DNA from: Akkermansiaceae bacterium
GTDB taxonomy: Bacteria > Verrucomicrobiota > Verrucomicrobiia > Verrucomicrobiales > Akkermansiaceae
Assembly (NCBI GenBank): GCA_051251915.1
Contig: JBPOGF010000007.1
Span: 1-64,000 of the forward strand
Length of the DNA: 64,000 bases
Direction of reading: 5' to 3'
Each line of letters opens with the position of its first letter. Position 1 is the stretch's first letter. Under the pieces are notes generated by a model. The model did no database searches. It saw only the letters and a list, made by a program, of their open reading frames with translations, and had not been told where the DNA came from. Shown here piece after piece: positions 37,395 through 47,686 of this stretch. The translations under genes were made by a program, and so were the position numbers.

Positions 37395-40300
37395 CTAAGG
37401 TTTTATTTGGGCTAGGAGGCCTGGATCTTTGATTTGTTTGTCTCTGGAGAGCATGATGATTTTTGAGAGGAGTTCGGCGGTTTTTGGGTCGTTGTCTGCG
37501 AATGGGAGGAAGATGCGTCCTCGGTGTTGTGACTGGATGGCTACTAGGAATATGGCGCCGCCAGGGAGGGTGTGGACGATGGTGCTGCCTAGGTGGATGG
37601 TGTATTTTGCGAGGTCTCCGTGGATGATGGCGTGGGTGTCCTTAAAGCTGACATTGGCTAGGTTTAGCATTTGGCAGGTTTCTGCGGCTAATGCTGCGCG
37701 CATTTGGATGGTGGACTGGGTGGCTTCTGGGTCTACTCCGCCTTGGTGTGCGACGCTGACGACGAGGTCTAGGTCCCGCATGGCTTCGCTAAAGATGTGT
37801 GGAGGGACTTGGTCTAGCGGGATGATTTTAGGGTTATTTTTGGTGAAGAAGTAGACGTTGGCTAGGGTGAGTCCTTCTAGTTCTGCTGGGGTGTAGAAGT
37901 ATTCTTCGAAGTCGATCCAGGCGCAGATGCCTTCTTTGTGGTAGACTTTACGGACTCCTTCTTCTGGGACGTTGAGCCAGCCTCTGCTCCCGAGGAGGGC
38001 GAGAGCTTGTCTGGGGTTGACTTGGTGGCCGGCGTAGCGGGAGCTGCGGTTGGTGAGGTCACTTTTCTCGGCGTCTGAGATGGGGTAGTATTCTCTGAAG
38101 ACTTGTTTGAAGGGTTGTATCCATTGGTGTTCGAAGCAGTATTTTTGCCAGTAGCTCCATTGTTTGCTTAGGAATAGCTGGGTGGGGTGGGAGATGGTGA
38201 GTAGGTCTGTGGGTTTGAGTGGGATGGTGGAGTTGTTGTGGGTGAATAGGGCGTTACCTGTGTTGGTGATTCTGCCGACGGTGTTGTCGTGAGTGAATAG
38301 GAGGTTGCTGGTGAAGCGTGCTAGTAGTGGATGCTGGGAGAATGTTTTGATTTCTTCTGCGGTAAAGGGTTCTTGGCTGCACATCATTTCTTCTAGTGAT
38401 TGGCGCATGCGTGAGATTTGTTTTTTGAGCTTGGTTTTGCGTTCTGTTAGGGCTTTGAATTTGGGGAGTTTCTTGAGTTTGGCAGGGATTGCTTTGAGTG
38501 GTTTGCCTGCGCGGTTGATGGAGATTTCTGGTTCTCCGAGTTTTGTGATGGAGAGTGAGACTGTGACGTCTGCGTCTGTTTCTGTGATGGATCCGGACTT
38601 GAGGTCTTCTAGTGATTTTCCTTCCATGGCCCATTCGAGGCGGATGGGGTCTGCGTAGCCTGCGGTTCTGGCTAGGTTTTCTGTGCCGATTTGTGCGCAG
38701 CGTTTTTCGCTGGCTTGGCGTTGGGAGCCGAATTTTTTGCTTACGCGGGTGAATTCTTTGAAGAGTTCGTATCGGAGTAGGAGGTCATTTTCGCGGGATT
38801 TTCCTGTTGCTAGTGGGAGTAGTCCGAGTGCTCTGACTGAGTCTTGGTGGCGTTTGGATTTGATGCGTTTTGTGATGTCTGTTTTGGTGATTTGCTTGAG
38901 CATGGCGTTGGCGAAGAGTTCGGCTCTTTTGTGTCCGCCCGAGGAGGATGCGAATTTGGCGGCTTTTAGGACGATGGTCCATTTTGCTTTTTTGAGTGAT
39001 TGGTAGACTTCGCTGAACCATGTGACGTCGACTGCTCCGTCGACTAATTCATCTGGGGTTAGTGGTGTTTTCTCTGCGACTTGTGCATTCCATTGTTCTT
39101 TGACGTCTTGGTCTACTTCCCAGTGTTCGTCTTTGGTGTGTGCGTGGATCCACCAGACGGCGTTTTCTAGTCCATGGTATTGGACGTGGGCTTCGATGTG
39201 TTTTGCCCATTGGGGTGCAAACATGGCGAGGTCGATGAAGCGTTCTTTGGAGATTTTGCTGGCTGTGGCGAGCTTGGAGAATTTTTCATGGCTGTCGTGA
39301 TTAGTGGGGGTGGAGGCGCGGAGTAGTGAGCTGAATACGGAGGCTTTTGCGTAGCTGCCTTCGCCCCATTGGTATTGTCTGACGAGGTTGTTGTTGCCTA
39401 TGATGGTGGCGAATTTGATGAAGTATTCTGAGCCTTCGACGAATGTAATACCGCTGGCTTCTGGTGAGGTGATTTGTTTGAGGTCTCCGCGTTCCATTTC
39501 TACTTCTAGGATGCGTGTTTGGATTTTTTGGGATAGGTGTAGGAGGGCTGGGTAGCTGGGGTGTTTTAGCCATTCTTTGTTTGGTTTGCGGGTGCAAAAT
39601 GAGCGGAATGTACTGAGGTTTTCTTCTTCGTTGGTGGGAGATTTTCCTGCGAGTAGGTAGGTGAGTTCGTTGGAGTCGATGAGGTTTAGTTCAATGGCTC
39701 TGAGGAGGGTAGTGGTTTCGATGGCGTCTACGTTCCAGAGTTTAGTGAGGGGGATGGTTTCTGAGTTTTGTAGGATGGTGGGGCGCCAATACCAGCGGTG
39801 AAGCTCGAAGAGGCGGGTGAACTGTTGGTCTGATAGTGTGGTTCCATGTAGTGCGGTTTCCCATTTATGGCCGGGGCCGTGGGATATCTCGGTGCGTTTT
39901 TTTAATGATTTGGAGTATCCTGAGCTGTTGAGTTCTTCTTTGATGTAGTTTCCTGTGTCTGCGATGGCGTAGTCGATGATGGTGTCAATGTGTTGGGGGG
40001 TGTAGGTTTGCTGTTCTAGGATCCATGTGATGAGGCTGGAGACGTGGTCATAGTGCTCGATGGTGGTGTTATCTATGATTACTTTGAACTTATCATTCCA
40101 GTAGCTGTAGTTTGAGGTTTCTTGTTGGATCTTGAGGTGGGCGCGGAATAGTGTGAGTCCGTCTTTGTCATTGTTGGTGCTGAGGAATTCTACATACCAG
40201 TCAATGAGTTGGGCGCCGAAGGGCATGAGGGCTAGATTTTCTTGGTGGGATTTATTTTTGGAGTAGGTGGGCCAGCCCCATTTGATGTTGCCGAATAGGT

Positions 40301-42326
40301 GGCGTTCTGTGGTGCTTCCTTGGTAGCTGGGTGTGAGCTCTACTTCTATTTCTGAGCGTTGTTTTACCCATTGGTTTAGGGAGATGATGAGGGCTGAGGT
40401 GTTGTTAGTGAGGGTGGTGACTTTTGCGGCTTGTGGGATGATGGGAGGTTTGATAGTGGCGGGGTCACAGAGGCCGAGGGCGTTCTGGTAGGTGTGTTTT
40501 TCTTGGTGATGCTGGAGTGCTAGGGTGAGGAGTGCGGTTTCGTCTTTTGTGAGTATTTTACGGCTTTTTTTGTAGTCTAGAAGGGTTTGTTTGACTTCGT
40601 TTATTTTGCGGTTTTCTCCTATGAGCTGGCCTGCGAGTTCGACTCCTGCGAGTCTCTGTGCGGCGTTTTTGGAGGTGAGGAGGCGCTTGTATGAGGCGAG
40701 GGCTTGTGGGTCATCTTGGGCTAAGAGTAGACGGAGGGATGAGCGTCTGAGGTTGGCTGCTTTGCGTGTGAGTAGGGCTTCGATGACGAGGCTGCCTGTT
40801 TCGTCTATTTTGAGTTTTTTGAGTTTTTTGAAGACTGTGTTTACTACGTCAGGTGAGCGGTCTTTGATGCAGTCTAGGAGTAGTTTGTAGTGGTTGGTGT
40901 CTGCGGTTGTTTTGAAGCTTTTGGCTAGTTTCTCGACGAGGGCTGCGCGGCCGTAGGGTGACATTTGGTCTCTGAATGGTGCTATTTCTAGGATGCTGCG
41001 TTGGCCGCTGTGGTGGACTATGAGGTCTGCGATGCTGCTGGCTTCTAGGGTGCGTGCGGTCCATGGCCAGATGGTGGGTGGGATGTTTATTTGTTTGCTG
41101 GGGAGGGCTTTGAGTCGTTGGGTTAGGATCTCGAAGAAGTCGGTTTTTGGTTGATTTTGGATGACCCAGGCATTTTGTAGGAATACGGGGAGGCTTTTGT
41201 CTTTGAGTCCGGTTGCGGCTATTTGGCTGCTTGCTGTGCAGCGGGTGAGTCTGAGGAAGGTGGAGGTGGCGAAGCGGATTTTTTCATTGTCGGCGGCGAG
41301 TAGTTCTTTTGCTTTTGGGAGTGCTAGTTCGATGTCATAGAATGCCATTGCCCAGAGTCCGAAGTAGACGGTTTGGGGGGTGTTGGATTCTGTGGCTTGG
41401 AGAGCTGCTTTTGGGGAGGTGAGGAATTGTTTGATGTTGGTGAGGATGTCTCTGAAGGTTTTGAAGCTTTGGGCGTCCCATTCTTGGGCGAACCAGACAT
41501 CGATTCCGCGGGCGATGGAGCTAAATCTTAGGAGATTGTGGTCGAGTATGAGGTCGATCATGCGGAGGAATGCTTGTGGGTGGGCTAGGTCTACGGCATC
41601 GATGATGGATTGGCGGAGGCCTTCTTGGCGCTGGGCTGCTAGGAGGAGTTTTTCGATAGCTTCCCAGCCTTTGGGGTTGGAGGCTGTGAGGAGTGTTGGG
41701 ATGAGGTGGTGGCTCATGGATTGGCCGCTGTTCTCGTCATAGATGATGTCGATGTATTGTTCTAGGATTTGATTACCAAAGTCTGTTTTGTGGTCGATCT
41801 GGCTGATTAGGATGGGGGTGAGTGGGGCTGCTTGGTAATTTAGGCTGAGGGTGAGGTTAGGGAGGTTTTCTGGGGTGAATTTATATTTATCGCAGAGTTT
41901 TTTGAGGCTGGTGAGCCAGTTTATTCTTTGTTCGCGGTGGTAGGTTTCGTTTTTTGGTGCTCTGAATGCTCTGGCTTGCCAGCCGGTTTGGTAGACTTGG
42001 GTGGTGGAGTGCAGCCAGGCGGTTTCTACCATGGGCGCGATTTCGCCGAAGAAGATCTCGAATACGGCGGTGCGTTGTTGAGTGGTTAGGGATTCTAGTA
42101 GTTCGATGGTGTTGTGGTTTTCTTTGTCTGTGGAGTTGTGGTGGTAGAGGTCACGGCGACCTTTTTGTTGCTTTTTAAGTTTGCCGGTGTCTGGGTTTTG
42201 GTTATTGAGTGCGCGGGCTGCTCTGAGGATGTTGGCGGGGAGTTTTTCTACTGTTGGGACTCTGGATTTTGAGTTTTGTTTGTGAGCGTTGTCTTTGAGG
42301 TGTTGTGAGCGTGATTCTTCAGTCAT
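37395..42326 (-). CDS. large DUF5724/DUF4132-type protein with HEAT/ARM-like repeats
   Basis: YQTGWQARAFRAP, LLLAAQRQEGLRQSI, FGSQRQASE, NLARTAGY.DPIRLEWAME, QPFKQVFREYY, FSEAMRDLDLVVSVAH.GGVDPE and GRIFLPFADNDPKTAE. Confidence 0.85.
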   Translation of the reverse strand: MTEESRSQHLKDNAHKQNSKSRVPTVEKLPANILRAARALNNQNPDTGKLKKQQKGRRDLYHHNSTDKENHNTIELLESLTTQQRTAVFEIFFGEIAPMVETAWLHSTTQVYQTGWQARAFRAPKNETYHREQRINWLTSLKKLCDKYKFTPENLPNLTLSLNYQAAPLTPILISQIDHKTDFGNQILEQYIDIIYDENSGQSMSHHLIPTLLTASNPKGWEAIEKLLLAAQRQEGLRQSIIDAVDLAHPQAFLRMIDLILDHNLLRFSSIARGIDVWFAQEWDAQSFKTFRDILTNIKQFLTSPKAALQATESNTPQTVYFGLWAMAFYDIELALPKAKELLAADNEKIRFATSTFLRLTRCTASSQIAATGLKDKSLPVFLQNAWVIQNQPKTDFFEILTQRLKALPSKQINIPPTIWPWTARTLEASSIADLIVHHSGQRSILEIAPFRDQMSPYGRAALVEKLAKSFKTTADTNHYKLLLDCIKDRSPDVVNTVFKKLKKLKIDETGSLVIEALLTRKAANLRRSSLRLLLAQDDPQALASYKRLLTSKNAAQRLAGVELAGQLIGENRKINEVKQTLLDYKKSRKILTKDETALLTLALQHHQEKHTYQNALGLCDPATIKPPIIPQAAKVTTLTNNTSALIISLNQWVKQRSEIEVELTPSYQGSTTERHLFGNIKWGWPTYSKNKSHQENLALMPFGAQLIDWYVEFLSTNNDKDGLTLFRAHLKIQQETSNYSYWNDKFKVIIDNTTIEHYDHVSSLITWILEQQTYTPQHIDTIIDYAIADTGNYIKEELNSSGYSKSLKKRTEISHGPGHKWETALHGTTLSDQQFTRLFELHRWYWRPTILQNSETIPLTKLWNVDAIETTTLLRAIELNLIDSNELTYLLAGKSPTNEEENLSTFRSFCTRKPNKEWLKHPSYPALLHLSQKIQTRILEVEMERGDLKQITSPEASGITFVEGSEYFIKFATIIGNNNLVRQYQWGEGSYAKASVFSSLLRASTPTNHDSHEKFSKLATASKISKERFIDLAMFAPQWAKHIEAHVQYHGLENAVWWIHAHTKDEHWEVDQDVKEQWNAQVAEKTPLTPDELVDGAVDVTWFSEVYQSLKKAKWTIVLKAAKFASSSGGHKRAELFANAMLKQITKTDITKRIKSKRHQDSVRALGLLPLATGKSRENDLLLRYELFKEFTRVSKKFGSQRQASEKRCAQIGTENLARTAGYADPIRLEWAMEGKSLEDLKSGSITETDADVTVSLSITKLGEPEISINRAGKPLKAIPAKLKKLPKFKALTERKTKLKKQISRMRQSLEEMMCSQEPFTAEEIKTFSQHPLLARFTSNLLFTHDNTVGRITNTGNALFTHNNSTIPLKPTDLLTISHPTQLFLSKQWSYWQKYCFEHQWIQPFKQVFREYYPISDAEKSDLTNRSSRYAGHQVNPRQALALLGSRGWLNVPEEGVRKVYHKEGICAWIDFEEYFYTPAELEGLTLANVYFFTKNNPKIIPLDQVPPHIFSEAMRDLDLVVSVAHQGGVDPEATQSTIQMRAALAAETCQMLNLANVSFKDTHAIIHGDLAKYTIHLGSTIVHTLPGGAIFLVAIQSQHRGRIFLPFADNDPKTAELLSKIIMLSRDKQIKDPGLLAQIKP

Positions 42327-42327
42327 G

Positions 42328-42756
42328 TTAGTATCCGGTGAGGAAGGTAAGTTTTACAAATGTCATTTTGGAGGATGTTGAGATGTAGACTTGGGCGTCT
42401 AGATCTAGTTGTTCTACGTCATCGATAAAGACGAGGTAGAGGCCGTCTTGGAATGCTTCTAGGGTGACGAAGATGGCCTCTTCTGAGGATGCGAGGGTGG
42501 TTTTTTCGTTTCCGCCCATGGAGATTTTGCCTTGTTTTGCGTGTTGCTGGATATTTTTCTGGGAGAGGATGGAGGTGAGTTGTTGTTTTTTCTGTCTGGT
42601 GTTGAATTGTCTGACTTCTTCTTGGACGATGGCGGTGAGGAGTTCACGTAGTGTGGTGCCACCGTTTCCTGGGTCAGTGATTTCAGGGGGTGGGGTGTAG
42701 TGCCAGTCATCGATTGGGGGTTTTCTTTTTCCTAGGGTTTTTGTGCAAATAAGCAT
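42328..42756 (-). CDS. conserved small partner of DUF4132 proteins; possible ubiquitin-like (beta-grasp) fold
   Basis: Stop lies 1 nt before the DUF4132 start; TLRELL and VFIDD...LDLDA...MTFVKLTFLTGY pattern. Confidence 0.8.
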   Translation of the reverse strand: MLICTKTLGKRKPPIDDWHYTPPPEITDPGNGGTTLRELLTAIVQEEVRQFNTRQKKQQLTSILSQKNIQQHAKQGKISMGGNEKTTLASSEEAIFVTLEAFQDGLYLVFIDDVEQLDLDAQVYISTSSKMTFVKLTFLTGY

Positions 42757-42915
42757 TATCCTGAGTTTATTAATGATTATTTGAGGTTTTGAAAAGGTGA
42801 AAAGAGAGAATTGGTATTATTTGGGGTGGTGGGTCGAGTGGTGAAATATAACTGAATATGGCTTGAGATTTGCTTAGTGTAGTTTATTGGATGACTCCAG
42901 CAACCACCTACAATT

Positions 42916-45588
42916 ATGACTCCTGAAAATATACGACTTAGAGAAAACCGTGAACGCACAAAACATTGGCTCCGTTGGGGGCCGTATCTTAGCGAGCGGC
43001 AGTGGGGGACGGTGCGTGAGGATTATTCTGAGCATGGTCATAGCTGGACTGCTTTTCCGCATGATGAGGCTCGTAGTAGAGTTTATCGTTGGAGTGAGGA
43101 TGGGTTGAACGGGTGGTCTGATCGTCGAGGGCGGTTGTGTTTTGCTCCTGCATTGTGGAATGGAAAGGATACGATCCTTAAGGAGAGACTTTATGGATTT
43201 GGTGGGCATGAGGGAAATCATGGAGAGGACTGTAAGGAGTGTTATTACTATTTGGACTCTACTCCATCTCACTCATACACGAAGGTGCTTTATAAATATC
43301 CACAGTGTGAGTATCCGTATGAAAGATTGTTAGAGGCGAACAGCCATCTGTCGCGTCGTGATCCAGAGATCGAGCTAGCTGATCTTGGGGTGTTTGATGA
43401 TGATTGTTATTTTGATGTTGTTCAGGAGGTAGCAAAGCGATCACCAGAAGATATTTTGTGGAAGATAACGGTGACCAATAGGGCGGCAGAGAAGTCTCCT
43501 ATTCATGTGTTGCCAACGGTCTGGATTCGTAACATCTGGGAAGGTGGGAATAAGAATGAGATTCCGACGAAGAAACCTGGGATGGTGCTTGAGGATGGGG
43601 TCTTGAAGATCCAGCACGAGACTTTGGGGGATTTTGTTTTTCATGTTGAGTCTAGTGATGAGTGTCCGATGGAGAACTGGTTGTTCACTGAGAATGAGAC
43701 TAATGAAGAGGCTGTATTTAATAGAGAAAGCAAGCATCTATACAAGAAGGATGCCTTTCACCGTTATATCATTAATGAGGATAAAAATGCGGTAAACCCA
43801 GGGCAGATAGGAACGAAGGCAGCTCCTGTCTTTAAGATGATGGTTCCTGCTGGGAAGTCTATTTCTATCCGTTGTCGCTTGCATGCAGCAAGTGAGGATA
43901 ATGGGGTTAAGGCGTTTGATCAATTTGATAATACGATGGCGGACCGGATTGCGGAAGCCGATGAGTTTTATGATGAGAAGATCCCTGAGCAGCTACCTGA
44001 GGAGGAGAAATTGATTTGTCGTCAATCTTATGCGGGCTTGCTGTGGACGAAGCAATTTTATCACTTTGTGGTCAAGGACTGGCTACACCACAGCCCGGAT
44101 GGGACACCGCTTCCTTCTAGAAGGCTAGAGGGGCGTAACCATGACTGGGAGCATGTTTATGCTCAGGATGTTTTATCGATGCCAGACAAGTGGGAGTATC
44201 CTTGGTTTGCGGCTTGGGACTCAGCGTTCCATATGATTTCATTTGCTACTATTGATCCTGACTTTGCAAAGGACCAGCTGTTGTTGCTTACACGCGAGTG
44301 GTATATGCACGCTAATGGGCAGCTGCCTGCTTATGAGTGGAACTTCTCTGACGTAAATCCACCGGTTCATGCATGGGCTGTGTGGAGGGTTTATAAGATG
44401 GGGGCACCTAAAGGGTTCCGTGATAAGCTGTTCCTTGAAAAAGCATTCCAGAAACTTTTGATTAACTTTACTTGGTGGGTAAATCGTAAGGATAGCGAAG
44501 GGCGCCATGTGTTTGGTGGTGGTTTCTTGGGCTTGGATAATATTGGGGTGTTTGACCGTTCACATGCGTTGCCGGATGGTTCTACTTTGAATCAGGCTGA
44601 TGGCACGGCGTGGATGGCGAGTTACTGTCTGACTATGTTATCAATGGCGCTAGAGTTAGCTCCTGAGAATCCAGCCTATGGTGACATTGCTTCTAAGTTC
44701 TTTGAGCACTTTGTTAATATCACGGATGCGATTAACAGCATTGGTGGTTCAGGCTTATGGAATGAGGAAGATGGGTTCTACTATGATCAGTTGATGATTA
44801 ACAATGAGCAGCCAATGCACTTGAAGACGCGTTCTTTAGTAGGGTTGTTGCCATTGTTCGCGACGATGACGTTAACGGAGGAGACACTAGATCAGATGCC
44901 TGAGTTTAGGAAGCGCTTGGAGTGGTTCTTAGATAACAGACCTGAGCTGAGTAAATATATTTCTACACGCCGAGCTAAGAAGCGTGAGATAGGTGATCTT
45001 ACTTTGCTCTCTGTGGCATCTGAAGATCAGCTGCGTAGGACTCTGGAGAGGATGTTAGATCCGGATGAATTTCTTTCTGAGTTCGGTATCCGATCACTCA
45101 GTAAGGCGCATGAGAAAGAGCCGTTTATTTTCAGTCATGGGGGGCTAACTAATGAGGTCCGCTATACTCCTGGTGAGTCAGAGACTGATATGTTTGGTGG
45201 GAATTCTAACTGGCGTGGGCCGATCTGGTTCCCGACTAATTACCTACTCATTGAGGCACTTGAGCGTTATCATTTCTACTATGGAGAATCCTTCAAAATA
45301 GAGTATCCTAAGGGCTCAGGTAAGCAGTGTAACTTACGCGAGGTGGCGCATGATATCTGTGACCGATTGGTGACTCTCTTCAGCCCAGACAAGAATGGTC
45401 GTCGTCCATGTTTTGGAAATGCGGTTCGTTATACTGAGAAGGAGCACTGGAATAATTTGGTTCTGTTCCATGAGTATTTCCACGCCGAGACAGGGGAGGG
45501 GCTTGGAGCATCTCACCAGACTGGCTGGACCTCACTGGTGACTCACCTCATTCACAAGCGTGAATCAGGAAACAATATTAATAAATAA
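42916..45588 (+). CDS. GH63-like glucosidase / mannosylglycerate hydrolase-like protein
   Basis: WGPYLSERQWGTVREDYS, SMPDKWEYPWFAAWD, GGFLGLDNIGVFDRS, FGGNSNWRGPIW and GASHQTGWT. Confidence 0.92.
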   Translation: MTPENIRLRENRERTKHWLRWGPYLSERQWGTVREDYSEHGHSWTAFPHDEARSRVYRWSEDGLNGWSDRRGRLCFAPALWNGKDTILKERLYGFGGHEGNHGEDCKECYYYLDSTPSHSYTKVLYKYPQCEYPYERLLEANSHLSRRDPEIELADLGVFDDDCYFDVVQEVAKRSPEDILWKITVTNRAAEKSPIHVLPTVWIRNIWEGGNKNEIPTKKPGMVLEDGVLKIQHETLGDFVFHVESSDECPMENWLFTENETNEEAVFNRESKHLYKKDAFHRYIINEDKNAVNPGQIGTKAAPVFKMMVPAGKSISIRCRLHAASEDNGVKAFDQFDNTMADRIAEADEFYDEKIPEQLPEEEKLICRQSYAGLLWTKQFYHFVVKDWLHHSPDGTPLPSRRLEGRNHDWEHVYAQDVLSMPDKWEYPWFAAWDSAFHMISFATIDPDFAKDQLLLLTREWYMHANGQLPAYEWNFSDVNPPVHAWAVWRVYKMGAPKGFRDKLFLEKAFQKLLINFTWWVNRKDSEGRHVFGGGFLGLDNIGVFDRSHALPDGSTLNQADGTAWMASYCLTMLSMALELAPENPAYGDIASKFFEHFVNITDAINSIGGSGLWNEEDGFYYDQLMINNEQPMHLKTRSLVGLLPLFATMTLTEETLDQMPEFRKRLEWFLDNRPELSKYISTRRAKKREIGDLTLLSVASEDQLRRTLERMLDPDEFLSEFGIRSLSKAHEKEPFIFSHGGLTNEVRYTPGESETDMFGGNSNWRGPIWFPTNYLLIEALERYHFYYGESFKIEYPKGSGKQCNLREVAHDICDRLVTLFSPDKNGRRPCFGNAVRYTEKEHWNNLVLFHEYFHAETGEGLGASHQTGWTSLVTHLIHKRESGNNINK

Positions 45589-45591
45589 GGG

Positions 45592-46638
45592 TTACTCCTT
45601 AAAGTTAGTGTCCACTTTGAAGATCTGTTTGCCATCTCTATCGAGAATGGCAAGCGAGACTTTAGGGATCTTGTTGCTCCAGTCGATATCTAGGGTGCCG
45701 AAGTTGATGACGTTTGCGAAGCTTCCAGGGACTTGATATTTGTTTGGTCCTTTGGGGGCGCTGGCGTGGGTGAGGCCGCTGGAGGTAAGTTCTATGAGGT
45801 CGAAGTTTAGATTGGTGTCTGCTGGTGTGAGCTTGGAAATCTCTGCTAGGTGGCGGTCGCCGCTGAGGATGACTACGCGTTTGACGTTAGATTTTTTGAG
45901 GAGATCTAGGAAGCGCTGGCGTTCGGCCGGGATGTTGGACCATTTTTCGAAACGGTGTTCTGAGGAGATGATCTGGATGCTGGAGACGATGATGCGGAGG
46001 TCGGCTGGCTTCTTGAGTTCTGCTTCTAGCCATGCCCATTGTGCGTCTCCAAGCATGGTTGCTTTAGGATCTGTGACGGGGAAATACTCCTGACGCCTAC
46101 CTACTTTACGGCGGTCTAGGGCGCTGCGGTGGTAGCGGGTGTCTAGGTTGATGATTTGTGTTACTTTGCCTTCTGGTCCTTGGGTATAGGTGTGGTAGAT
46201 GCCCTTGCGTGATCTTGCTGGGTGATCTTCTGGGAAGCCATAGGTATCTAGGAAAATTTTTTGTGACTGGGCTTTTTCTGGGTATTCTTCGCCTGCGTCA
46301 TTTACGCCGTAGTCGTGGTCGTCCCAGATGGGGATAATTTTGTGTTGTTTGGAAAATTTTGCGTATGCGGGAAGTTCTGTTAGAGCTTGATATTTCTGTC
46401 GCATGACGTCCATGTCGTGGGTGTCTGCGTAGATGCAGTCTCCCATGAAGAGGAAAGCTTGTGGCTTGGTGTCGGCGATGACTGGCCAGATATTGGGGGC
46501 GCTTTTATAGTTTGGCTTAAAGCAGGAGCCGCAGGCTAGCTTGGTGAGGGGGGAGGTGTCTTGCGCCGGTTCTTTTGCTGAAACAAATGATAGGCAGAGG
46601 GTTAAGTATAGGGTGATGGTGGTGAGTTGCTTTTTCAT
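45592..46638 (-). CDS. phoD: alkaline phosphatase D family protein
   Basis: Signal peptide from ATG 46638; GSC, GDCIYAD, WDDHDYG.ND, LDTRY, LGDAQWAWL and LSGDRH. Confidence 0.9.
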   Translation of the reverse strand: MKKQLTTITLYLTLCLSFVSAKEPAQDTSPLTKLACGSCFKPNYKSAPNIWPVIADTKPQAFLFMGDCIYADTHDMDVMRQKYQALTELPAYAKFSKQHKIIPIWDDHDYGVNDAGEEYPEKAQSQKIFLDTYGFPEDHPARSRKGIYHTYTQGPEGKVTQIINLDTRYHRSALDRRKVGRRQEYFPVTDPKATMLGDAQWAWLEAELKKPADLRIIVSSIQIISSEHRFEKWSNIPAERQRFLDLLKKSNVKRVVILSGDRHLAEISKLTPADTNLNFDLIELTSSGLTHASAPKGPNKYQVPGSFANVINFGTLDIDWSNKIPKVSLAILDRDGKQIFKVDTNFKE

Positions 46639-46666
46639 GGGTTCCAGAGGTAAGTTTTTTAGTGCG

Positions 46667-47641
46667 CTAACATAAACATCCTGGACAGTCTTGGACGAAG
46701 TGTTTGGGGGCTTTTTCCGTGAGTGGGGGGTGATGGTTTTGGATGCAGAGTAATTTATCACCTAGGGTGTTGCGTGCAGAGAATGCGCAGCCTTTTGGTG
46801 GGTCGGTGAGGACAGGGGGAAGGCCTGGGATGGTGAAGAGTTTTTCGCCTTTTTTGTGAGTGGCGGGGATGGACTGGAGCAGTGCGCGAGTGTAAGCATG
46901 CATCGGGTTAGCGAAGAGGGTGTCTGCTTCTGCACTTTCTACGATTCTGCCTGAGTACATGACGTTGACGTGATCACAGGTTTGCTTAACGACTGCGAGG
47001 TCGTGGGTGATGAGGACGACGGCGGTGCCGAGGTCGTTTTGGCGGTCTTTGATGAGGTCTAGGACTTGCTTTTGGACGGTGACGTCTAGGGCTGTGGTTG
47101 GCTCATCGCAGATGAGGAGTTCTGGGCGGGTGATGAGTGCCATGGCGATCATTACGCGCTGGCGCATGCCGCCGGAGAACTCGTGAGGGTATGAGTGAAT
47201 GCGTTTTTCTGGCTCGGGTATGCCGACTTCTGCTAGGGCATCGATGGCTTTGTGGAGCGCTTGTTTGCCTTTGATACCCTCGTGAATTTCTAGTGGCTCG
47301 GTGAGCTGGGTGGAAATTTTCAGGTAGGGATTGAGGGAGGTCATGGGGTCCTGGAAGATCATGGAGACGCGTTTGCCGCGGATCTTGAGGAGTTGTTTTT
47401 CGCTGGCTTGGAGTAGGTCAACGCCGTCGAAGATGGCTTTGCCTGAATGGATTTTCCCTGGAGGGGTAGGGATGAGTCCTAGTAGGGAGTAACAGGTGAC
47501 AGATTTACCAGATCCAGACTCACCGACGATGCCAAGGGTTTGCCCTTTTTCGACCGAGAATGAGACATCCTCGACTGCATGCACGATGCCATTTCTAGTG
47601 TGAAATCTAGTGGTAAGGTTTGATACGTCGAGGATGGACAT
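46667..47641 (-). CDS. oppD: oligopeptide/dipeptide ABC transporter ATP-binding protein (OppD/DppD)
   Basis: [41 protein letters not shown] and Cys-rich oligo_HPY-like tail. Confidence 0.9.
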   Translation of the reverse strand: MSILDVSNLTTRFHTRNGIVHAVEDVSFSVEKGQTLGIVGESGSGKSVTCYSLLGLIPTPPGKIHSGKAIFDGVDLLQASEKQLLKIRGKRVSMIFQDPMTSLNPYLKISTQLTEPLEIHEGIKGKQALHKAIDALAEVGIPEPEKRIHSYPHEFSGGMRQRVMIAMALITRPELLICDEPTTALDVTVQKQVLDLIKDRQNDLGTAVVLITHDLAVVKQTCDHVNVMYSGRIVESAEADTLFANPMHAYTRALLQSIPATHKKGEKLFTIPGLPPVLTDPPKGCAFSARNTLGDKLLCIQNHHPPLTEKAPKHFVQDCPGCLC

Positions 47642-47686
47642 TTTGAATAGTGATTGGTGAGTTTGGAGTGGTGAATTGCTTAAAAC

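Noticed and set aside
37429..42178. Numerous 60-140 aa antisense and alternate-frame ORFs here and across the window
   Set aside because: Shadow ORFs of long real genes, favoured by the biased codon usage; low-complexity translations
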